Part shown: positions 17,701-25,587 of the stretch, piece by piece
How positions within the stretch are numbered: position 1 is the first letter of the stretch
Layout of the letters: the number at the start of each line of letters is the position of its first letter
Origin: Acidimicrobiales bacterium
Lineage (GTDB): Bacteria; Actinomycetota; Acidimicrobiia; Acidimicrobiales; VFJN01
Reading direction: 5' to 3'
DNA: 64,000 nucleotides
Assembly (NCBI GenBank): GCA_035697515.1
Contig: DASSCS010000038.1
Coordinates: 3,400 to 67,399 of the forward strand
Made by a program: the position numbers and the translations under genes
The notes under the pieces: model-generated
Database searches by the model: none
What the model was told of the DNA's origin: nothing
What the model saw: the letters and a program-made list of their open reading frames with translations, nothing else

Positions 17701-18036
17701 AACGTCGCGTTCGACGATCCCGCGGACGCGGTTCGCTGCTCCCTCGCCGCGCAACACGACTTCGCTCGATGGGACGACACCGAGCCCGAGCTCGCGCTGC
17801 AGATCCGCTGCGGGGTCGCCAGCGGAGTGCTCATCCCGTCGGGTGGTGACTTCTTCGGACTGGTGCAGTCCGAGGCTGCCCGCTTGTGCGCGCTCGCGGG
17901 CGGCGGTCAGGTGCTCGTGTCGAGCGCGGTGGCGACCACGGTGACGTCGGCCGGGCTTCAGGTGGAGGCCTGCGGTGCCCGAGAGCTGCGCGGCTTCCCG
18001 AGCCCGCTACCCGTGTTCCGGGTCACCGGGCCGTGA
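14782..18036 (+). CDS. STAND/AAA ATPase, helical (TPR-like) repeats and a C-terminal class III adenylate/guanylate cyclase domain
   Basis: FVGRARE ... Walker A GVPGSGKT and Walker B VLIDDAD, then a long helical region. The cyclase domain begins about 17536 (LTTDIVGST, IKHTGDGLNVAF, IRCGVASG, FFGLVQSEAARL). The true start may be a downstream GTG such as 14848. Confidence 0.85.
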   Translation: MARHTRDGTRVAGVGARREDRRVPLTGRSPPPTTRSFVGRARERTLVRHLLAGAQSGQACILVISGVPGSGKTAFLHWIGEQLRSAGAQVLRTSGTDAALPLAAVSRLCADLPETLDAIRGETAPGPLAAAGVGLDRAHDGVSHPGRVATVVSDAVLARSRRRLTGVLIDDADELEAASREVLRHVLSAVDDAAVAELHLFAVVTTHASGGLGEHAARMQVARYVELSGLDEHDVFELTHRAGLAPTPQLVAALMDDTGGLPLLLDAELARRVDARDHAGRTPDIRADSGRVRTASQAVASRLGTLDPEAREVLARAAALGEPWDVDQLVLVGDRTRLHVERTLESAEHAGLVHAGPDGHRFSHPLVRVELLAGLSGPARRSLHRAIGERLLQQDPHHDELIVRGAMQLLRALPDVAMPEFATIACRAGEVAMQWGAWHQASRLLGAAAEAHDELGSPLGTVAACYLEAGRAAFLDHDTEASEPRLRHAHALAQKADRVDLTVEAALLALRLQLAEGWAGPGDKLDTADLELARDQPGVDPVAAAEADAILAEALFLTGETDRALALVASGRERLRDARTEPEADYVLARIEISEGLHRFGRLELGPADACFGRAADHAARGGATVADIGARSRRQLIRMLRGDVTGAAKDLDRLERWALDARCWGEAGFAAALRAVAKTLAGDDDAELQIERAARLLRRSGHAYTATILAPTRSALEARSLGLRSQRSDMGPVSSAARALAAVEANDPTAARTALYSAHWRDGFVGPVSANNIAIAVALVEVGDLLGVSDLVAVGGAPLAEAQRAGLVAALGWPATVPRLLGTVARHGGDLRLAHHWLERARALAEREGLRPERARVLLELARVTAAEGSPLEAVEALLGAAARDFDELSMHGWVARCESTARALGVASALAAIGASMERTILTTDIVGSTMTNSRLGDALYLEQLRIHDHLLRARIREFAGKEIKHTGDGLNVAFDDPADAVRCSLAAQHDFARWDDTEPELALQIRCGVASGVLIPSGGDFFGLVQSEAARLCALAGGGQVLVSSAVATTVTSAGLQVEACGARELRGFPSPLPVFRVTGP

Positions 18037-18141
18037 CGGCAAACACGCACCGTCGGGATGCGATCACCACCTGTGCGACGTGCGCCACCGATGGTAAGTT
18101 TCGCTCCGGGCACGTGGGCGGCCCGGGAAAGGCAGACGGTC

Positions 18142-19050
18142 ATGCCGATCGGGATGCCATACCACCTCGAGAAGGGCCCCACGCTCCGCATCCTCGAGCT
18201 GCACCTCAACCGCAGCCGGGATGAGATGCGCCACATCCTCGGGAGGCTGCGGGCGTCGCAGGGTGCGAGCGCGGCGGCGGGCACGGTCGGCATCGACTGG
18301 CTCCTCGACGACCCGGCCACCGGCGGCGTGCCGTCGTGGTGGAGCCATCCCGCCATCCAGGCACGGGATACCGCGGGTACCGGCGGCCGGGCCATCCGTG
18401 ACCAGCTGATCGAGAAGTGGTTCGGCTGGTCGAACACGACGACCGGGTGGAAGCCCCCCGATCCGGGGGCGCTCACGACGGGCTATTGGATCGCTTACCG
18501 CGGCGATGTGGAGGGCATCGTCCGGCGGGCATTGACGTGGACGCTCGAGCTGGCTCTCGGGTTGGAGCCGGGGGACGAGGGCCAGGGGCATCCCGATCCT
18601 TGGACCATCGAGCTGTTCTGGAAGTGCCCATCGCCGTGGTTCGAGGCGTGGGTCGTCCCACGACCGTCTCAGCGCCTGGTGACGCTTACGCTCGTCACGC
18701 CGTCACACAGGGGTTCGAACGTTTCCGAGACTCCGCTGGCCGCGAGCGAGACGACCACGCTGGCCGCGGTGAGCCATCCCGTCCCGAGCACCCAGCGCGA
18801 CTATGCGGTTCTGGGGACCGCAAACCCCCCGGGGGCGGCGAAGCGGCGGCGCGCCATGTGGGTGGTCACGCACTCGAACCACGTAGCGGACACCGCGCAT
18901 CCACCGATCACCACCAACACCGTCGAGTCCGCCGACCTCGCCGAGTGGGGCATCCCCCAACTCAGGATCTACGTCGGATCGAGCCCTGTCGTCGTCGTCT
19001 CCCCGTCCATGGAGGCCGGCGGTGTCCGGGAGGATGGAACGGTGTCGTGA
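18142..19050 (+). CDS. Hypothetical Trp-rich protein, no recognisable family
   Basis: ATG 18142 is preceded by GGGAAAGG. 302 aa with no TM segment or signal peptide. The stop overlaps the next start (GTGA). Codon bias is coding-like but relaxed. Confidence 0.6.
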   Translation: MPIGMPYHLEKGPTLRILELHLNRSRDEMRHILGRLRASQGASAAAGTVGIDWLLDDPATGGVPSWWSHPAIQARDTAGTGGRAIRDQLIEKWFGWSNTTTGWKPPDPGALTTGYWIAYRGDVEGIVRRALTWTLELALGLEPGDEGQGHPDPWTIELFWKCPSPWFEAWVVPRPSQRLVTLTLVTPSHRGSNVSETPLAASETTTLAAVSHPVPSTQRDYAVLGTANPPGAAKRRRAMWVVTHSNHVADTAHPPITTNTVESADLAEWGIPQLRIYVGSSPVVVVSPSMEAGGVREDGTVS

Positions 19051-19532
19051 GCGACGGTTCCCATGAGACGTTCCGCGAGACGTTTCTCGACGAGTTGCGG
19101 GCGCGCGATCAGGAGGACTTGTACCTCAGACTCGAAGGATCGCCCGGCGACCTCCTGGATCTGGTGACGTCCGACGACGGGTTCCGAGAGGATCTCTCCC
19201 GCGCCGACGCCCTGTCGTTCCTGAAGACGCTGTTCGAGCCGCAGCGCGGCGAGGAGAGTTGGCAGGCCACCGCCGAGCGCTCCGGCCGACTCGGCGAGGC
19301 GGCTGCGGGCACCGAGTGGTCGTTCGAAGGGCTGCATGTGCACGACGACGTGTTCAACGGCATCCGTGCGACCGGCCGGCCGGTCGTCGTGCGGGGGTTC
19401 ACGATCATGAGCCTCGAGGAGGAGCGGTTCAAGGTCCGCCGCTACGTCGATTGGGCCGGCCTGTACGGGCAGCTCGGCCTGACGGTCAACTGGCGCGTCC
19501 CGCTCGAGAACCCCTTGCCTCCCGAGTGGTGA
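19047..19532 (+). CDS. SnoaL-like / NTF2-fold (ester-cyclase-like) protein
   Basis: The GTG at 19047 overlaps the upstream stop. The C-terminal part (GIRATGRPVVVRGFTIMSLEEERFKVRRYVDWAGLYGQLGL) resembles SnoaL/ester cyclase family proteins. Confidence 0.6.
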   Translation: MSDGSHETFRETFLDELRARDQEDLYLRLEGSPGDLLDLVTSDDGFREDLSRADALSFLKTLFEPQRGEESWQATAERSGRLGEAAAGTEWSFEGLHVHDDVFNGIRATGRPVVVRGFTIMSLEEERFKVRRYVDWAGLYGQLGLTVNWRVPLENPLPPEW

Positions 19533-19549
19533 GGGCTTCCAATCGGGTC

Positions 19550-19747
19550 ATGAGGATCGAGGTCGACCCCGGCGTCTGCGCCGGTCACGGTCGCTGCTAC
19601 TCGCTGGCGCCCGAGGTGTACGAGCCGGACGAGGACGGCTACTGCGCCACGCGCTCGCTACAGGTGCCGGCGGGGCTCGAGCGGCAGGCGCGCGTCGGTG
19701 CGTCGAACTGCCCCGAGCGCGCCATCACCGTGGTCGACGACGACTGA
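19550..19747 (+). CDS. Small single-cluster ferredoxin (CxxHxxC...CP type)
   Basis: MRIEVDPGVCAGHGRCYSLAPEVYEPDEDGY ... SNCPERAITV. 65 aa, the actinobacterial Fdx pattern usually partnered with P450s. Confidence 0.85.
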   Translation: MRIEVDPGVCAGHGRCYSLAPEVYEPDEDGYCATRSLQVPAGLERQARVGASNCPERAITVVDDD

Positions 19748-19856
19748 TCCGAGGAACCGCAGCACGATCCGGGGACGCCGCGGTACTGTCGGCACGTCAT
19801 CGAACAGTCGTGTCACTTTCGCGAACGACAGCCACGCCACGACCACGGGGGGAACC

Positions 19857-21233
19857 GTGTCACGATCCAGCCGGGTCATCGCTGCCGTGCTGGTCCTCGT
19901 CCTCGGGCTGGCGGCGTGCGGCAACTCGGGCGACGACGCCGAGGGCCCCGCAACGACCGAGACCGGCGACGACGGTGCGACTGCGTCCGGCGACGGGGGC
20001 GAGAGCCAGCGGGACGAGTTCGTCCCCATCAGCGGCGTGCCCGGCGTCTCCGACGAGGAGATCTCCTTCGCCGTCATCGGCACGAAGACCGGCAACCCCC
20101 TCGGCACCTGCATCCTCGACTGCTATCTGCAGGGCGTCGAGGCATACTTCGCCTACCGCAACTCCGAGGGTGGCATCTACGGCCGTGACCTGGTGGTGGG
20201 CCAGACCCTCGACGACGAGCTGGCCCAGAACCAGGTCCAGTCGCTCGACGTGATCTCGGGCGACGCGGCCTTCGGCGTGTTCCAGGCCACCCTCCTCGCC
20301 AGCGGCTGGGGTGCGCTCGACGACGCAGGCGTGCCCACCTACGCCTGGGGCATCCACGCCGCCGACGCCGCCAACCGCTCGCACATCTTCCCGAGCGCCG
20401 TCGTCCGCTGCGACCACTGCACCGGCCGGGCCGTCCCGTACGCCGCCGAGATCTCGGACGCGCGCCGCGCGGCCGCCATCGGCTACGGCGTCAGCGAGAA
20501 CTCGAAGCGGTGCACCCAGGCGACCGCCGACTCGATCGAGCTCTACGCGGACGACACCGGCGTCGAACTGGCCTACACCAACGACGACCTCGCCTACGGC
20601 CTGTCCAACGGCATCGGTCCCGAGGTGACGGCGATGAAGGAGGCGGGGGTCGACTTCATCTCCACCTGCATCGACCTGAACGGCATGAAGACGCTGGCCC
20701 AGGAGCTGCGGCGCCAAGGGATGGACGACGTCGTCCTCTACCATCCGAACACGTACAACCAGCAGTTCGTGGCAGACGCGGGCGACCTGTTCGAGGGCGA
20801 CGTCGTCGCGGTGCAGTTCCGGCCCTTCGAGGCCGACGCCGAGGGCACGGCCCTGGACGCGTACCTCGAGTGGATGGACAACCAGGGCGACACGCCGTCC
20901 GAGTTGGCCATGGTCGGCTGGATCAACGCCACGCTCGCCTACGAGGGCCTCCTGGCCGCCGGCCCCGACTTCGACCGCGACAAGGTCACCGCGGCGACGA
21001 ACGCCATGACCGACTTCGACGCGGGCGGGCTGGTCGAACCCGTGAACTGGTCGGAGGCCCACAGCCCCTACACGCAGGAGACGCGCGACCAGGACTCCAG
21101 CCAGGAGTGCACCGTCCTCGTGCGGGTGGAGGGAGGCGAGTTCGCCACCGTTGGCCCGCCGGACGAGCCCTGGCTGTGCTGGAGCCAGGTCGACCTCGCC
21201 TGGTCGGAGCCGGAGCCCACCGAGTTCGACTGA
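19857..21233 (+). CDS. ABC transporter substrate-binding lipoprotein (Liv/branched-chain amino acid family type)
   Basis: GTG 19857 follows GGGGGAA. Lipoprotein signal VLVLVLGLAACG. Periplasmic-binding-protein type 1 fold, followed by Liv-type permease and ATPase genes. Confidence 0.8.
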   Translation: MSRSSRVIAAVLVLVLGLAACGNSGDDAEGPATTETGDDGATASGDGGESQRDEFVPISGVPGVSDEEISFAVIGTKTGNPLGTCILDCYLQGVEAYFAYRNSEGGIYGRDLVVGQTLDDELAQNQVQSLDVISGDAAFGVFQATLLASGWGALDDAGVPTYAWGIHAADAANRSHIFPSAVVRCDHCTGRAVPYAAEISDARRAAAIGYGVSENSKRCTQATADSIELYADDTGVELAYTNDDLAYGLSNGIGPEVTAMKEAGVDFISTCIDLNGMKTLAQELRRQGMDDVVLYHPNTYNQQFVADAGDLFEGDVVAVQFRPFEADAEGTALDAYLEWMDNQGDTPSELAMVGWINATLAYEGLLAAGPDFDRDKVTAATNAMTDFDAGGLVEPVNWSEAHSPYTQETRDQDSSQECTVLVRVEGGEFATVGPPDEPWLCWSQVDLAWSEPEPTEFD

Positions 21234-21255
21234 CCGTGATGCACCGCCCCCGCCC

Positions 21256-23364
21256 ATGATCGTCGCCGCCTCGGTCGGTGAGGACCTGTTCCGCGGTCTC
21301 CTCCAGGGCACGCCGCCGGGGACGGTGTACGCACTCGTGGCGCTGGGCTTCGTCCTGGCGTACAAGACGAGCGGCGTGTTCAACCTGGCGTTCGGCGCCC
21401 AGGCCTATGTGTCCGCCGCCATGTACTTCCAGGCCAGGGTCGAGTGGGGGTGGGCCATCGTCCCCGCGCTGGTGGTCTCGGTCTTCGTCCTGGCGCCCGC
21501 CCTGGGGCTGGTCCTCGAGCGGCTGATCTTCCGCCACCTGCGCACCAGCTCGGCGGTGGCGAAGCTGGTCGTGGCCATCGGGCTCACCGTGGCGATCCCC
21601 AGCCTCTTCGAGGTGCTCGTCGGGTTCGAGCCCGTCGCCGGTCGGACCCCCGAGGGCATCGTGCCCGGCGGGGCGACCGTCTTCTACGACCCCTTCGGCG
21701 TCTACCAGTTCAGCCGCGACGAGCTGGTGGCGATGGCCGTGGCGCTGGTGGCGATGAGCGCCCTGGCCGCGCTCTTCCGCTACAGCGGCATCGGGCTGCA
21801 GATGCGGGCGGTCGTCGAGAGCCCGCGCATGACCGAGCTCAGCGGCATCCGGGCCGATCGGGTGTCGGCCTTCAGCTGGGCGCTCTCCAGCCTTTTCGCC
21901 GGCCTGGCGGGCGTGCTGATCGCGCCCCGCTTCAACACCCTCGCCGCCCCCGACTTCTTCAACATCGTCGTGGTGGCGATCGCCGCCGCGGCCGTCGGCC
22001 GGCTGGTCAGCCTGCCTCGGGCGCTCGCCGGTGGACTGGGTCTCGGGGTCCTGATCGCCCTGGCCAACACGTTCCTGCCGCGCTGGTCGGGCGACCACCC
22101 GCTGCTGGCCACGATCCAGGACAACGTCACCCCGGCCATGCCGTTCGTCGTCCTGTTCGGCCTGCTGGTCCTCTGGCCGGCCGTGCGCGGCACGCGCGAG
22201 CAGGCCGACCCGCTGGCGGGCGTTGACCCGCCGCCGCCGTCGCTGGCGGCGCTCACGCGGAGCCCGGCGCTCACGCGCGCGACGCAGGTCTTCGCGGTGG
22301 CGTTCTTCGCCATCGTCGGCGTGGTGGTGTTCACGGGGGCCGACGCAGCGTGGCTCTTCCTCGTCACCCAGGCGGTGATCCTCTCCACGATCTACCTGTC
22401 CATCACCGTCATCACCGGGCTGGCCGGCCAGATCTCCCTCTGCCAGGGCGCCTTCGCCGCCATCGGCGCGTTCACCGCGTTCCAGCTGACCGACCGGGCG
22501 GGCGTTCCCGTGCTGCTCGCCGGCCTCGTCGGCGCGGGGCTGGCGGCCGGGGCCGGCGCGATCCTGTCGCTCCCCGTGCTGCGGCTGGGCGGCGTGTGGG
22601 TGGCCATCGCCACGCTGGCGTTCGCGTTCTTCTTCGATGCCGTGATGGTCAAGCTGCCCTGGATCGGCGGCGGTGACACCGCGCTGCTCCAGGGCACCCG
22701 GGTGCCCCGGCCCACGATCGGGCCCTGGGACCTCGCGGACGACAAGAAGTTCCTGGTCCTGGCGTTGCTGGTGTTCGTGCTGGTGTCGCTGGCGGTGATC
22801 CGGGTGCGCGAGGGCACGGTGGGGCGCACGCTCCGGGCGGTGCGGGGTAGCGAGGTGGCGGCCCAGTCGATCGGCATCTCGCCCTCCCGGGCCCGCATCA
22901 CGGCGTTCGCGGTGTCCGCCTTCATCGCCGGCCTCGGCGGCGCCCTGCTGGCCATGCACCAGCAGAACGTGAACTACAGCAGCAACTTCGCGCCGTTCGC
23001 CGCCCTGTTCTGGCTGGTGCTCGTGGTGTCGCTCGGCCCACGCACGGTGGAGGGCGCGGCCCAGGCGGGCGCGGCGTTCGCCCTCTTCGACGCGGTCCTG
23101 CTCAAGGGGGCCGCCTTCGGGTGGATCCTCCGCAGCCCGGACCGCATCCCCGGGTTCCTCCCCCTTTCGCCGAAGTGGCGGTTCATCCTCTTCGGCCTGG
23201 CGGCGATCCAGTTCGCGCGCCATCCCGAGGGGCTGGTGGAGCACGGCAAGCGGCGCGCCCACGAGCGCGTCGAGCGGATCCTGGCCCGGCGGAGACGTGC
23301 CGGCGACCGGCCGGCGCCCACGGCGCCCGAGGCGGCGACCGCCGTCGAGGAGACCGTCGCATGA
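21256..23364 (+). CDS. Fused LivH-LivM type branched-chain amino acid ABC permease
   Basis: 702 aa. The LivH-like half (TVYALVALGFVLAYKTSGVFNLAFGAQ) and the LivM-like half (STIYLSITVITGLAGQISLCQGAFAAIGAF) are in one frame. Confidence 0.9.
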   Translation: MIVAASVGEDLFRGLLQGTPPGTVYALVALGFVLAYKTSGVFNLAFGAQAYVSAAMYFQARVEWGWAIVPALVVSVFVLAPALGLVLERLIFRHLRTSSAVAKLVVAIGLTVAIPSLFEVLVGFEPVAGRTPEGIVPGGATVFYDPFGVYQFSRDELVAMAVALVAMSALAALFRYSGIGLQMRAVVESPRMTELSGIRADRVSAFSWALSSLFAGLAGVLIAPRFNTLAAPDFFNIVVVAIAAAAVGRLVSLPRALAGGLGLGVLIALANTFLPRWSGDHPLLATIQDNVTPAMPFVVLFGLLVLWPAVRGTREQADPLAGVDPPPPSLAALTRSPALTRATQVFAVAFFAIVGVVVFTGADAAWLFLVTQAVILSTIYLSITVITGLAGQISLCQGAFAAIGAFTAFQLTDRAGVPVLLAGLVGAGLAAGAGAILSLPVLRLGGVWVAIATLAFAFFFDAVMVKLPWIGGGDTALLQGTRVPRPTIGPWDLADDKKFLVLALLVFVLVSLAVIRVREGTVGRTLRAVRGSEVAAQSIGISPSRARITAFAVSAFIAGLGGALLAMHQQNVNYSSNFAPFAALFWLVLVVSLGPRTVEGAAQAGAAFALFDAVLLKGAAFGWILRSPDRIPGFLPLSPKWRFILFGLAAIQFARHPEGLVEHGKRRAHERVERILARRRRAGDRPAPTAPEAATAVEETVA

Positions 23365-24134
23365 CCCCGCCCGTGCTCGAGGCGACCGGCATCGCCAAGT
23401 CGTTCACCGGCATCGTGGCGCTCAACGACGTGTCGCTGCACGCGGGGGCGGGGGAGCGTGTCGGCCTCATCGGGCCGAACGGCGCCGGCAAGACCACGTT
23501 CTTCAACTGCGTGCTCGGGGTCCACCGTGCCGACCGCGGCACGGTGCGGCTCGACGGCGACGACATCAGCGGGCTCACGGTGCACGCCCGGGCCCGGCGC
23601 GGCATCGGCCGGTCGTTCCAGCGGATCGAGCTGTTCCCCGAGTCCACCGTGCACGAGCACCTGCTCATCGCCGAGCGGACCCGCCGCGCCGACGGGCGCC
23701 TGTGGCGCGACCTCCTCGGCCTCGGCCGTCCCCGGCCCGACGAGCTGGCCGCGTGCGACGAGGTTCTGGGGCTCCTGGGCCTCGGGGAGCTCGCCGACGA
23801 GCCGATCGAGCACCTGAGCCTCGGGCAGGGTCGGCTGGTCGAGGTGGGGCGGGCGCTCATGACGCGGCCCCGGCTGCTGTTGCTGGACGAGCCGTCGTCG
23901 GGCCTCGACAGGCAGGAGACGGCCGACCTCGCGGCCACGCTGCGGGCGGTGCAGGCGGAGCAGGGGTTCGCCATCCTCCTCGTGGAGCACGACGTGGAGC
24001 TGGTCGAGGGCTTCACCGAGCGGGTCTACGTGCTCGACTTCGGCAGCCTGATCGCCGAGGGCCCCACGCGCGAGGTGCTCGACAGCGCCGCAGTACGCAC
24101 GGCATACCTCGGCGACATGGAGCTCCGGGCGTGA
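23361..24134 (+). CDS. ABC transporter ATP-binding protein (LivG-like)
   Basis: ATGA overlap with the permease stop. Walker A GPNGAGKTT, signature LSLGQGR and Walker B LLLLDEPSSGLD. Confidence 0.9.
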   Translation: MTPPVLEATGIAKSFTGIVALNDVSLHAGAGERVGLIGPNGAGKTTFFNCVLGVHRADRGTVRLDGDDISGLTVHARARRGIGRSFQRIELFPESTVHEHLLIAERTRRADGRLWRDLLGLGRPRPDELAACDEVLGLLGLGELADEPIEHLSLGQGRLVEVGRALMTRPRLLLLDEPSSGLDRQETADLAATLRAVQAEQGFAILLVEHDVELVEGFTERVYVLDFGSLIAEGPTREVLDSAAVRTAYLGDMELRA

Positions 24135-24856
24135 CCCCGCTCCTCGAGCTCGACGGCGTCTCCGCGGCCTACGGCCCGTTCCGCGCCGTCTTCGACGTGT
24201 CGCTGGTCGTCCGGCCCGGCGAGGCCGTGGCGCTGCTCGGCCCCAACGGCGTGGGCAAGACCACCGTCGCCCGGCTCGCCACCGGCCTCGTCAGCCCCAC
24301 ACAGGGCGCCGTGCGGGTCGACGGCGACGACCTCACCGGCGCGCCGGTGCACCGCTTCGTCCGGGCCGGCATCGCGCACGCCCCCGAGGGCCGTTCGGTG
24401 TTCGCCACCCTCACGGTCGAGGAGAACCTGCGGCTGTCGTTCCGCCGCTCGAAGGGCCGCCGCGCCGTGCCCGCCGCGCTCGACCAGGCCTTCGCCCAGT
24501 TCCCCGCCCTCGCCGGCCGCCGGCGCCAGCCCGCCGGCACCCTCTCCGGCGGCGAGCAGCGGATGCTGTCACTGGCCCGGGTCCTCGTCGAGGCCCCGAA
24601 GCTGCTCGTCGCCGACGAGCTCTCCCTGGGCCTGGCCCCGATCATCGTGGACGAGATCTACACGGAGCTGGCCCGCCTGCGGGAGGAGGGGACGGCACTG
24701 CTGATCATCGAGCAGCACGTCGCCTCCGCTCTGGCGCTGTGCGACCGGGTGGTCCTGCTCGGCCACGGATCGGTCACCTGGGAGGGTCCCGCCGCCGACG
24801 CCGAGCACCGCGTGGTCGCCAGGGCATTCGATCAGGCCCCGACCGCCGAGCCCTGA
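24131..24856 (+). CDS. ABC transporter ATP-binding protein (LivF-like)
   Basis: GTGA overlap. Walker A GPNGVGKTT, signature LSGGEQRML and Walker B LLVADELSLGLAP. Confidence 0.9.
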   Translation: MTPLLELDGVSAAYGPFRAVFDVSLVVRPGEAVALLGPNGVGKTTVARLATGLVSPTQGAVRVDGDDLTGAPVHRFVRAGIAHAPEGRSVFATLTVEENLRLSFRRSKGRRAVPAALDQAFAQFPALAGRRRQPAGTLSGGEQRMLSLARVLVEAPKLLVADELSLGLAPIIVDEIYTELARLREEGTALLIIEQHVASALALCDRVVLLGHGSVTWEGPAADAEHRVVARAFDQAPTAEP

Positions 24857-24879
24857 CCACCCCGGGCCGGCACGACCCG

Positions 24880-25587
24880 TCAGAGGGCGGCGAGCACGGC
24901 GGCGATCGCCGCATCGGCCGCCCGGTCGGCGGCGAGCCTGGCGCCCCTCGCCAGCCGCGCGAGGCCGGGTAGGCGGCCGGGGTGGCGCAGGACGTAGCGG
25001 GCGACCGCCCGGGGGTTCGGACCGCCGTCCGGGTTGCTGAGGTGGAACACCTCCTCGTCGACGCTCCCGTCGGTCGCCCGGTCGCTGACGGCCCGGAACA
25101 CCGTCCACGGCACGCGCCGCTGCTCGCAGGCCAGGGCGACGGCGGCCGTCTCCATGTCGAGCGCGACGACGCCCCTGGCCCGCAGCGCCGGCAGCTCGGA
25201 GGCCGGCGTGACGACGTCGGTGGTCCACAGGGCGCCGTGCGCCGCGCCCGGGCCCAGGAGGTGGTGCTCGTGCTCGCGGCCCGAGGCGTGATCGACCACC
25301 CGCGCCGGGAGGACCACGGCGCCGATCGGCGTCTCGTCGTCCACGGCGCCGGCGATGCCGACCACCAGCACGTGGCGGGGTGTGACGGCGCCGAGCAGCC
25401 GTCGCATGCCGGACGCGGCGCGGCGGGTGCCGATGCCGGTGACCACCGCGACCACCGGCCGGCCGTCGAGGGTGCCCGTCCGTGCCGTGCCGCCGCCGAG
25501 CGCAGAGGGCCGAAGGCCCAGCCGCTTCGTCAGCGGCTTCAGCTCCAGGGGCATGGCGCAGACGAAGGCGATGGGGGCGTCAGCCAT
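24880..25587 (-). CDS. Nucleoside phosphorylase superfamily protein (PNP_UDP_1 / MTA-SAH nucleosidase-like)
   Basis: 235 aa. IAFVCAMPLELKPL ... VVTGIGTRRA ... VALDMETAAVA ... FRAVSD pattern. The start overlaps the amine oxidase stop by 8 nt. Confidence 0.7.
   Translation of the reverse strand: MADAPIAFVCAMPLELKPLTKRLGLRPSALGGGTARTGTLDGRPVVAVVTGIGTRRAASGMRRLLGAVTPRHVLVVGIAGAVDDETPIGAVVLPARVVDHASGREHEHHLLGPGAAHGALWTTDVVTPASELPALRARGVVALDMETAAVALACEQRRVPWTVFRAVSDRATDGSVDEEVFHLSNPDGGPNPRAVARYVLRHPGRLPGLARLARGARLAADRAADAAIAAVLAAL

Noticed and set aside
14782-19050. Reading the cyclase-containing gene plus the downstream orphan as a Pycsar/CBASS-like cyclic-nucleotide defence system
   Set aside because: The neighbouring proteins show no effector hallmarks: no TM helices, TIR, nuclease, patatin or cNMP-binding domain recognisable by eye. 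No phage or mobility genes are nearby, and the cyclase itself has a substituted catalytic residue. I kept this only as an architecture oddity.
20986-23262. 758-aa minus-strand ORF over the liv permease gene, and similar long shadows (43461..45989, 16006..17757, 38081..40057, 8517..10877, 989..2578, 5392..7434)
   Set aside because: Each is antisense or out of frame to a gene with strong family signatures. Their composition is dominated by R, G, P, A, D and E runs, and no motifs are recognisable.
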